From IMG/VR virus record IMGVR_UViG_3300000298_000017, positions 1 to 43,390 of that record: a DNA stretch of 43,390 nt. One strand, 5' to 3'. This DNA is from a virus. The position numbers and the translations under genes were made by a program. The notes under the pieces were generated by a model, which ran no database searches, had not been told where the DNA came from, and saw only the letters and a list, made by a program, of their open reading frames with translations. Positions 25,514 to 31,771 of the stretch are shown piece after piece; the first letter of the stretch is position 1; the number at the start of each line of letters is the position of its first letter.

Positions 25514-26168
25514 TCTTTTCCTCCACAATCCTGGCCTTTGCCATCTCAATAGCAAGCATATAAACTCGTCCATGTTCGTTGTCTCCGTGGGTCTGTTTTA
25601 CCTTGTCGGAAAACTCCTCCAGATCCCCCAAAAAGCACCCACAGGAAACATAGATCTTTCCGTCTTTACATCGAAAAAAGGTTGTGGTTCTGTTGCGAGA
25701 GCCAATAGCTCCGATCCAAAAGACAGCACCTATCTTACACACCTCGGCGTTGCCGTACACCCTGGCGTTGCCGTACACCTCGGCGTCGCCGTACACCCTG
25801 GCGTCGCCGGACACCCTGGCGTTGCCGTACACCCTGGCGCCGCCGGACACCCTGGCGTCGCCGTACACACTGGCGTCGCCGGACACCCTGGCGTTGCCGT
25901 ACACCCAGGCGTTGCCGGACACCCTGGCGTTGCCGTACACCTCGGCGTCGTCGGACACCCTGGCGTCGCCGGACACCTCGGCGTTGCCGTACACCCAGGC
26001 GTTTCCGTACACCCAGGCGTTGCCGGACTGACTCAAATTTTCCTCCTTCTCAATCCAGCCACCTAGATCGCCAGCATTTACATTTCCAAACTGAACCAGA
26101 GCTTTGATGCGGTATAAGGTTTTCCCAAGGAAGACCTTCGTTTCAGATGTCAACTCATACTTTTTCAC
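25500..26168 (-). CDS. Hexapeptide-repeat (left-handed beta-helix-like) protein
   Basis: Probable GTG start at 26168 after GAGG (the track start is 26237). Contains 16 consecutive units of G[ND]A[RWE]V[YS]. Confidence 0.65.
   Translation of the reverse strand: MKKYELTSETKVFLGKTLYRIKALVQFGNVNAGDLGGWIEKEENLSQSGNAWVYGNAWVYGNAEVSGDARVSDDAEVYGNARVSGNAWVYGNARVSGDASVYGDARVSGGARVYGNARVSGDARVYGDAEVYGNARVYGNAEVCKIGAVFWIGAIGSRNRTTTFFRCKDGKIYVSCGCFLGDLEEFSDKVKQTHGDNEHGRVYMLAIEMAKARIVEEKNEVH
25741..26028. repeat. About 16 tandem 18-bp coding repeats
   Basis: Units such as ggcgttgccgtacaccct and ggcgtcgccggacaccct repeated head to tail, in frame with the hexapeptide protein. Confidence 0.85.
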
Positions 26169-26252
26169 TTCTTCCGCCTCTTTTCCATAAATTCCGCCAC
26201 AGCGAGGGCGGTACAGATCACGATGCACACCATACACACCACGGATAAAAAC

Positions 26253-26450
26253 TCAAACAATTCTGATTCCTCCCAGTGTCATCAAATAGAACCACTGCTC
26301 TTGAGTAAGGCGTACCTCCTGCTCGTCCAGTAGCTTTGCAATAGAGCCATCGCCGCATCCGATCTCATGGGCAAGGCCCCTTTGCGACAGCCGGTGCCGC
26401 TCCATAGCCCGCTGGGTGATACGGCGGACTATCTCATTTGGAGTTTTCAT
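26253..26450 (-). CDS. Helix-turn-helix protein, 65 aa
   Basis: Contains HRLSQRGLAHEIGCGDGSIAKLLDEQ, an XRE-like HTH. Confidence 0.55.
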   Translation of the reverse strand: MKTPNEIVRRITQRAMERHRLSQRGLAHEIGCGDGSIAKLLDEQEVRLTQEQWFYLMTLGGIRIV

Positions 26451-26631
26451 TTCTGTCCTCCCGGTCTAGGATTCTCGCCATGACTTCGGCTAAATTCCGA
26501 ACCGTTTTAAGCAGCTCCGGCACATCAACTCCGTAATGATCCCGTTCCAGATTGTTCATGTGCCTCCTGGAATTCCGGCTCTGCGTCCCAAGGTCCTTAA
26601 TGCTGTCGTTCTCTTCAAGCGTTTTTTTCAT
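26434..26631 (-). CDS. Hypothetical protein, 65 aa
   Basis: AAAGGAAAA RBS followed by ATG at 26631. Confidence 0.5.
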   Translation of the reverse strand: MKKTLEENDSIKDLGTQSRNSRRHMNNLERDHYGVDVPELLKTVRNLAEVMARILDREDRNENSK

Positions 26632-26649
26632 AAAATTTTCCTTTCCGGC

Positions 26650-26678
26650 TTGACAGAGAACGGATGTTCTAGTATGAT
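26650..26678 (+). promoter_or_regulatory. Near-consensus sigma-70 promoter on the plus strand, with an inverted repeat in the spacer
   Basis: TTGACA (26650-26655), 17-nt spacer gAGAACggatGTTCTag, then TATGAT (26673-26678). Confidence 0.6.
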
Positions 26679-26684
26679 GTATCT

Positions 26685-26759
26685 ATCAAGCCTAATTGGT
26701 GTGGTCAGTTAGGTTTGCCAGCCCCGTCAGGTGTGCCCAGCACCTGACGGGGCGTTTTT
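26685..26759 (+). ncRNA. Candidate small RNA of about 75 nt (promoter-to-terminator unit antisense to the early operon)
   Basis: Starts about 7 nt after TATGAT. Contains a CCTAA...TTAGG stem. Ends in a 13-bp perfect hairpin GCCCCGTCAGGTG/CACCTGACGGGGC (26721-26753) followed by GTTTTTA. No plus-strand ORF is present. Confidence 0.45.
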
Positions 26760-26889
26760 ATCCTTGTGCGCTGGCAAAACGTTCGGCATCCTCTTTGGTG
26801 GTTGCCTCAAAGACAACAGCATGGTTATGCCAAACCTGCCACAGAAAAACCGCTCGATTGAACATGACTGTGTAACTTCTGTGGTTCAT
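26758..26889 (-). CDS. Small protein, 43 aa (below the track cutoff)
   Basis: AGAAGGTATATC followed by ATG at 26889. Hand translation: MNHRSYTVMFNRAVFLWQVWHNHAVVFEATTKEDAERFASAQG. Confidence 0.4.
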   Translation of the reverse strand: MNHRSYTVMFNRAVFLWQVWHNHAVVFEATTKEDAERFASAQG

Positions 26890-27020
26890 GATATACCTTC
26901 TTTCTTTGCTATTACACTCAGTCGGTGTGCCACCACTGGCCGGGGCGTTTTTATTTAAACAGGGTCTGGATACGCAAAATCAACTAGCCTCTTAAACTCC
27001 CGGAAATCCAGGTTGCCCTC

Positions 27021-27104
27021 TCACTCTGCACGTTCCAGGACCATTTCTTTTAACTTCGGGCCCGCACCTTTTAGCGCATCCATATAATCCTCAAAACTAA
27101 ACAT
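27021..27104 (-). CDS. Small protein, 27 aa (below the track cutoff)
   Basis: AAGGAGGAAAT followed by ATG at 27104. Product MFSFEDYMDALKGAGPKLKEMVLERAE. Confidence 0.35.
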   Translation of the reverse strand: MFSFEDYMDALKGAGPKLKEMVLERAE

Positions 27105-27201
27105 ATTTCCTCCTTGTATTCCGTCCCGCACCATGCTAAAATACAAGGTGCAGAACTCCTTTACTTCGCCCTCATCCGTGCGCTATCACGGGTGGGGGCA
27201 A

Positions 27202-27411
27202 TTATTTTGCTGTTCCGCCTTCCATATATCGTATAAAGGCTACCCTTGGGATTTTGACCCTGCTCCGAATTACTGTCACAGGGAATCCCAGTAGTTCCGG
27301 TTGTTGTCTGGCCATTAGCCTAATCCAGTGCGGATTGCAGTTTAGCGCCCCCGCTGCCTGGGCCGGTGTAATTACATCCCTATCAAGTGCTTTGATCTCC
27401 GCAAGGGTCAT
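27202..27411 (-). CDS. Excisionase-like / MerR-type HTH DNA-binding protein
   Basis: GGAGGGGGTGAGAAC followed by ATG at 27411. Product MTLAEIKALDRDVITPAQAAGALNCNPHWIRLMARQQPELLGFPVTVIRSRVKIPRVAFIRYMEG. Confidence 0.5.
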   Translation of the reverse strand: MTLAEIKALDRDVITPAQAAGALNCNPHWIRLMARQQPELLGFPVTVIRSRVKIPRVAFIRYMEGGTAK

Positions 27412-27435
27412 GTTCTCACCCCCTCCCCTTCTTTC

Positions 27436-27464
27436 TTGTCCCCCACCCGCTCCCGTGGTAAAAT
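27436..27464 (+). promoter_or_regulatory. Possible promoter for 27488..27823
   Basis: TTGTCC, 17-nt spacer, TAAAAT (27459-27464), followed by AAAGGGGGTGA and a TTG start. Confidence 0.35.
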
Positions 27465-27487
27465 ACGAGAGAAAGGGGGTGAATAAA

Positions 27488-27823
27488 TTGGACATTACTC
27501 TCACAAAAGACGCCGATAAGCTAATTTGTCTGATTTACAAGGATTATCTGGAGCGCCGCAAAAGAGGAATCTCGAAATCCTCCGCCAAAGCATACGCAGA
27601 GCGGTCGGACTGGCCAAAATCATTGACTGATCATTTTTCCGCTGAAGATGTCCGAGATACTTTGCGGGAATTGAAAAACAGCGGGTTCACCAGAAATTAC
27701 TTGTACGGAGGGTTTGCCCTAACAGATCAGGGAATCGCTTACATGGAAAACAGATTCCCCAACGGGGTCGCCCAAATCCTTGAATGGATGGGGAGAATCA
27801 AAGGCGCTGTTCCATTTATGTAA
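27488..27823 (+). CDS. Hypothetical protein, 111 aa, plus strand
   Basis: TTG start 5 nt after AAAGGGGGTGA. Product LDITLTKDADKLICLIYKDYLERRKRG... Convergent with 27816..27998. Confidence 0.55.
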   Translation: MDITLTKDADKLICLIYKDYLERRKRGISKSSAKAYAERSDWPKSLTDHFSAEDVRDTLRELKNSGFTRNYLYGGFALTDQGIAYMENRFPNGVAQILEWMGRIKGAVPFM

Positions 27824-27998
27824 CCTTGTACTTGATATTAGCCTCGTGGATGTCAATGTGAATGACAGCTTCCATCTCTCCATCGGGGCTAATATTGTTT
27901 ACATCCAATCTGGTCACATAATCCAAGCGAACTCCGTTTAGGTAAAGACCATCTTCTTTTGTTTCCAGTATGTTCACACTCACCACCCCCTCCCGCAT
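27816..27998 (-). CDS. Hypothetical protein, about 55-60 aa
   Basis: Track ORF. The start is uncertain, with several GTG codons after GGGAGGGGG. Confidence 0.45.
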   Translation of the reverse strand: MREGVVSVNILETKEDGLYLNGVRLDYVTRLDVNNISPDGEMEAVIHIDIHEANIKYKVT

Positions 27999-28011
27999 TC
28001 ACCGTCCCGTT

Positions 28012-28221
28012 TTATTGGACAGATTCGGTGCTATCGTTTTTTTGAACAAGCCGTCCAAACGCCTCGTTCAGCTTTTGCTCCGCCCCCCGCGGCTCCTTGT
28101 GTCCGTTAAGCACAACGCTGAGATATTTTGGATTCCAACCGACCTCTGCAGCGAGCTGTTTTGCCGTTACCCCGGCAAGGTGCATCTCGCCAAGAAGATC
28201 AGCAGTCCACTTTGCAGGCAT
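28012..28221 (-). CDS. Cro-like HTH regulator (first gene of the leftward early operon)
   Basis: 69 aa containing GVTAKQLAAEVGWNPKYLSVVLNG. RBS GGAAGGAGGAG. Transcribed divergently from the repressor side. Confidence 0.55.
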   Translation of the reverse strand: MPAKWTADLLGEMHLAGVTAKQLAAEVGWNPKYLSVVLNGHKEPRGAEQKLNEAFGRLVQKNDSTESVQ

Positions 28222-28237
28222 ATAACTCCTCCTTCCG

Positions 28238-28266
28238 TTGATTACTATGGTTAATTGTTGTATACT
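28238..28266 (+). promoter_or_regulatory. Sigma-70-type promoter upstream of the Zn-ribbon/DUF4145-like gene
   Basis: TTGATT (28238-28243), 17-nt spacer actATGGTTAAttgttg, then TATACT (28261-28266). Confidence 0.5.
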
Positions 28267-28301
28267 CTCAATATCTGATAATAAATATTGGGGGTATTCT
28301 T

Positions 28302-28976
28302 ATGGCTGATAAGAAGTTCAATGTTATAAGCGTCGATGATGAAACTGAGTACATTTGTGAATGTGATGAAGTATCCAGTTGTCCAATTTGTCACTGGGCA
28401 TTGGTTCCGCAGAACATTGCGGGGTATTATGTTCCAAACAGAAATGCTTCTCTGTTAGAACTATGTCCTAAGTGCAGGAATATTTTTTTAGTTCAATATG
28501 AAGCTTTTGAAGTTGGAACCAGGGAACTTGCTAGTTCCGGAATAACTGGTATATATCCAGAAGTTCCAGAAGACCGGACAATCTCCAAGGAGATCAGAAA
28601 ATTGTCCCCTAAGTTTGTATCTATTTACGCACAGGCCGCAAAAGCAGAAAAGTCAAAACTAACTGAAATATGTGGCAGTGGTTTTCGAAAGTCTCTCGAG
28701 TTTCTTGTAAAAGACTATGTGATTTATAAATTTCCGGCAGATGAAGCCACAATTAAGGTAGAACCGCTAAGTGCCTCTATACGTCGTATAGATGATGAAA
28801 GAATCAGAGTTCTTACAGAACGTGCCACATGGATTGGGAACGATGAAACTCACTACATTAAAAAGCACGAAAATCTTGATATTGCAGAAATGAAACGCTT
28901 TATCGACGCAGTTCTTCACTACATAGAATCCGAGCTTTCCTTTGAGGTGGCTCTTTCTATTCAGCCGAAGAAGTAA
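28302..28976 (+). CDS. Zinc-ribbon plus DUF4145-like (HEPN-like) protein
   Basis: N-terminal CECDEVSSCPIC...CPKC. C-terminal AAKAEKSKLTEICGSGFRKSLEFLVKDY...RATWIGNDETHY...FIDAVLHYIESEL resembles DUF4145. Lies in an AT-rich island. Confidence 0.5.
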   Translation: MADKKFNVISVDDETEYICECDEVSSCPICHWALVPQNIAGYYVPNRNASLLELCPKCRNIFLVQYEAFEVGTRELASSGITGIYPEVPEDRTISKEIRKLSPKFVSIYAQAAKAEKSKLTEICGSGFRKSLEFLVKDYVIYKFPADEATIKVEPLSASIRRIDDERIRVLTERATWIGNDETHYIKKHENLDIAEMKRFIDAVLHYIESELSFEVALSIQPKK

Positions 28977-29151
28977 AGGGGTCTATCTCTCCGATTTTCT
29001 TCCCATCAAATGACCAGTATTGAATTACTGTCCTAAATGGACAATCGCTCTCCCCAGAGCCTCGCACAGACTTAGTTTCAATAACTTGAATAACTCTGGC
29101 AAAATCTGTTCCTCTCTGGTATGTGTCTCTTTCCAAATCTCTCACCCCCAT
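28957..29151 (-). CDS. Hypothetical protein, 64 aa
   Basis: Track ORF. Its 3' end overlaps 28302..28976 by 20 nt in convergent orientation. Confidence 0.45.
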   Translation of the reverse strand: MGVRDLERDTYQRGTDFARVIQVIETKSVRGSGESDCPFRTVIQYWSFDGKKIGEIDPFTSSAE

Positions 29152-29258
29152 CTCTTGTCTTTGTTTTCCGACGCAAGCCGCTAGATTTAGATCACCTCCA
29201 AAACCCGTTCTTACTTTTTAGGCAAGAATACGAAAGTTATCTTTTTCAAAGAATTTAG

Positions 29259-29287
29259 TTGACTTTGGTATACCTCTAATGTATCAT
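29259..29287 (+). promoter_or_regulatory. Sigma-70-type promoter upstream of the repressor operon, with a palindromic site in the spacer
   Basis: TTGACT (29259-29264), 17-nt spacer ttGGTATACCtctaatg, then TATCAT (29282-29287). The inverted partner AGAGGTATAC is at 29312-29321. Confidence 0.55.
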
Positions 29288-29430
29288 ATAGGTGTCAACG
29301 ATAATCAACCAAGAGGTATACTTTTTTTCAACCCGTGTCAGTATCATAGCACAACAATAGTTAATTTTCAAGGAAAAAAGTTGAACAAAGTACATTTCTG
29401 CTTATTGCACAATTTTTGAGGTGAGCAGTT

Positions 29431-29775
29431 GTGTTTTATGACAAATTCGTTTTTCTTTGTAAAGAAAAAGGCGTGGCACCAACGAGGGCGGCCCTTGATA
29501 TTGGGCTAAGTAAATCTGCACCTATTAAGTGGCGAACAACCGGAGCAACGCCAAACGGAGAAACACTAAACAAAATTGCAGAATACTTTTGCGTTTCTGT
29601 AAGTGTTCTTCTTGGAGAAGAAACAAAAAAAGCGCCCACCGATGGTGAGCGCAAAGTCAGCGACGACGATATTATGTTTGCCTTGTGGGGCGATTCTGAT
29701 GATGTAGATAAAGACGACCTGGACGACGTAAAGCGATACGCCGCCTTTGTCCGGGAAAGGAAGAAGAAAAAATGA
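29431..29775 (+). CDS. XRE-family repressor (CI/ImmR-like)
   Basis: GTG start after GAGGTGA. HTH segment FLCKEKGVAPTRAALDIGLSKSAPIKWRTTGATPNGETLNKIAEYFCVSVSVLLG. Followed by an ImmA-like gene. Confidence 0.8.
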   Translation: MFYDKFVFLCKEKGVAPTRAALDIGLSKSAPIKWRTTGATPNGETLNKIAEYFCVSVSVLLGEETKKAPTDGERKVSDDDIMFALWGDSDDVDKDDLDDVKRYAAFVRERKKKK

Positions 29776-30203
29776 TGGACCTGATGGGCCTATACCGTAT
29801 TGCAGAAGAAAATAATGTTGCGGTAGACTGCTTTGAACTACAAAAGCGAGAGGCCCTTTCCGTCATGGATAACGATGGGTCTTGCTATATTGCAATCGAT
29901 CCGTTCAAGTTGACATCAACCTTAGATGAAAAAATAAAACTTGGGCATGAACTCGGTCATTGCATGACTGGCAGTTTCTACAATAGATATGCCACTTGTG
30001 ATATAAGAAAAAAGCACGAGCACAGGGCGGACAAGTGGGCAATTGAGGAAATGATACCTGTGTGTGCCTTGGATGAAGCTATCGCTGATGGTCATACAGA
30101 AATGTGGGACTTAGCAGACTATTTCCGTGTTACCGAGGATTTTATGCGAAAGGCCGTCTGTTGGTATACCTACGGGAATTTGGCGACGGAGCTTTATTTT
30201 TAG
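29772..30203 (+). CDS. immA: ImmA/IrrE-family zinc metalloprotease (anti-repressor protease)
   Basis: HEXXH motif in KLGHELGHCMTG. ATGA-coupled to the XRE gene. Confidence 0.75.
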   Translation: MMDLMGLYRIAEENNVAVDCFELQKREALSVMDNDGSCYIAIDPFKLTSTLDEKIKLGHELGHCMTGSFYNRYATCDIRKKHEHRADKWAIEEMIPVCALDEAIADGHTEMWDLADYFRVTEDFMRKAVCWYTYGNLATELYF

Positions 30204-30252
30204 TGACCATACCGTCAGAGGGCGGAAAAAGATAGAGAGAGGGATAGCAGAA

Positions 30253-31101
30253 ATGAAAACTTGGAAACTGGTATCTGGAATTATTTCGATTGCTATGTGT
30301 CTTTTGGTCCTGTTCCAATCATGTTTTGCCGGGCTTGGAGATGTCATGATTAACGCACTAGATAAAAACGCAAGCAGTTCAAGTGGTGTTGCCGGCGTTT
30401 TTGTAGCTTTTCTTATGATGTCCGGTGGAATTGTATCTATTGTTACGAGAAATTGGTCCAAGGGCGGGAATATTGCCATGGTTGTTTTATACGGTCTTGC
30501 TGCTCTTATTGGATATACTTCATTCGGTTTTTTCAAGGATCTTATTGTCTGGGCGACTTGGTGCTTGGTCTGTGCTGTTTTAGCTGCGATCTCTTTATTG
30601 AGACCGCCAGTATTACAAAGCAACAAAAATTTTTCTAAGGCAGAAGCTCCTATCCCGGCTCCTGTGCAACGAGAGTTCACATACACCTCCAAGGACATGG
30701 TCAGAGCGGAGGCTATGTCCAGCTATGTAACCCGCTTTGAATTTAATTTTGGCCTCACAGAAAAAGATTGTTCTAAGCTTTTCTCTTTTGTAGAGCGGGC
30801 TGTTTCTCCTGATGTCGAAGTTGTCAGTGCTTTTATCGCAAAGAAAAACGGAACGCCATGCGCCTGTGCTATGGCTATCAGCAAATTGATTATTGCGGAT
30901 GACTGGAAAACCAGAACTATTCAGACTTTAGATATATCAGGTTTTACATATGAAAACGGGACACTGACTGTCAAGAACAAAGAGGGCGATATCATCCTTT
31001 CCGTTTCCGCCCAAAGAGGACAAGCGATCTGTGATGTATGTAACCAATCTTTAATTGCCTGCAAAAAGGAAATAGAAAGCAACTCAAAAGTTAATGTATA
31101 A
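30253..31101 (+). CDS. Membrane protein with four predicted TM segments and a soluble C-terminal domain
   Basis: AGAGAGGGA followed by ATG at 30253. Hydrophobic runs LVSGIISIAMCLLVLF, VAGVFVAFLMMSGGIVSIV, MVVLYGLAALIGY, VWATWCLVCAVLAAISLL. Confidence 0.65.
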   Translation: MKTWKLVSGIISIAMCLLVLFQSCFAGLGDVMINALDKNASSSSGVAGVFVAFLMMSGGIVSIVTRNWSKGGNIAMVVLYGLAALIGYTSFGFFKDLIVWATWCLVCAVLAAISLLRPPVLQSNKNFSKAEAPIPAPVQREFTYTSKDMVRAEAMSSYVTRFEFNFGLTEKDCSKLFSFVERAVSPDVEVVSAFIAKKNGTPCACAMAISKLIIADDWKTRTIQTLDISGFTYENGTLTVKNKEGDIILSVSAQRGQAICDVCNQSLIACKKEIESNSKVNV

Positions 31102-31118
31102 ACTCTGAGGATTCACTT

Positions 31119-31319
31119 ATGGGATATAAGTCACCTGAAACAATCGTAATATGTGGGCGCTGCCTCTCTGACTGCCCGCCTATTGGGTATGATAGTCGGT
31201 TTAATGTATTCAAATATGATTATTCCCAGCCCTGCCAGAAATGCGGTGCCAAAGAATGGTGTGCCCATGATGTCAGGCGGGACCGGAAAACAGGTCGGCT
31301 GCTAGATAAACCAGATTAG
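31119..31319 (+). CDS. Zinc-ribbon protein, 66 aa
   Basis: Contains CGRC...C...CQKCGAKEWC. Confidence 0.55.
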   Translation: MGYKSPETIVICGRCLSDCPPIGYDSRFNVFKYDYSQPCQKCGAKEWCAHDVRRDRKTGRLLDKPD

Positions 31320-31360
31320 AACTTAACGTCTGACCACAGTAAATAGAGAGGAGAACTATT

Positions 31361-31675
31361 ATGTTAGAAGAAAAAGATCTGCAAGCTATCGCACAGTTGA
31401 TGGAGAAACAGAAGCAGGAGATCATGTCTGAGACGAAAGGATTGCTGTCACAACAGAAGCAGGAGATCTTGGACGAAAGCACTCAGCGCATGAAAATTCT
31501 TCTGGATACAGAAATCACGCCGAAATTCAATCTGCTGGCGGAAAATCAAAAAATCATGCTGGACAAATTAGCGCCGAAGAGTGAATTAGAAGAGCTACGC
31601 AGTGAAGTTTCCGTCTTGAAGCTCGCTATTCGGAGCATAAATCAGGAGATTGCAGAACTGAAAAAGGCACAATAA
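31361..31675 (+). CDS. Coiled-coil protein, 104 aa
   Basis: Internal repeat EKQKQEIMSE / SQQKQEILDE and heptad-like C-terminus. RBS GAGAGGAGAAC. Confidence 0.55.
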   Translation: MLEEKDLQAIAQLMEKQKQEIMSETKGLLSQQKQEILDESTQRMKILLDTEITPKFNLLAENQKIMLDKLAPKSELEELRSEVSVLKLAIRSINQEIAELKKAQ

Positions 31676-31716
31676 AAATCCCCGCTCCAGTGTTGGCGCA
31701 CCGAAACGGGGAAAAG

Positions 31717-31753
31717 GGGCAGAAGCTTTGCGGGCCGTCTGCCCTTCTATTTT
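31717..31753 (+). terminator. Possible terminator or attenuator upstream of int
   Basis: Stem GGGCAGA/TCTGCCC (31717-31723 and 31738-31744) with a 14-nt loop, followed by TTCTATTTT. Confidence 0.4.
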
Positions 31754-31771
31754 AGAATAGAATAGGAGGTT

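Noticed and set aside
25741-26028. Regular short repeats that might be mistaken for a CRISPR array
   Set aside because: The units are 18 bp, directly abutting with no spacers, and in frame with a long ORF encoding a hexapeptide-repeat protein. There are no cas genes or leader sequence.
26916-26957. Second plus-strand terminator resembling the one at 26721-26759
   Set aside because: It shares the tail CCGGGGCGTTTTTAT, but the stem is interrupted and the T-run is displaced. No upstream plus-strand promoter was found. It is probably a degenerate copy.
26731-26958. Plus-strand 75-aa ORF
   Set aside because: Its GTG start lies inside the loop of the 13-bp terminator hairpin, and it has no RBS. 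It also lies antisense to a better-supported small minus-strand ORF that has an RBS.
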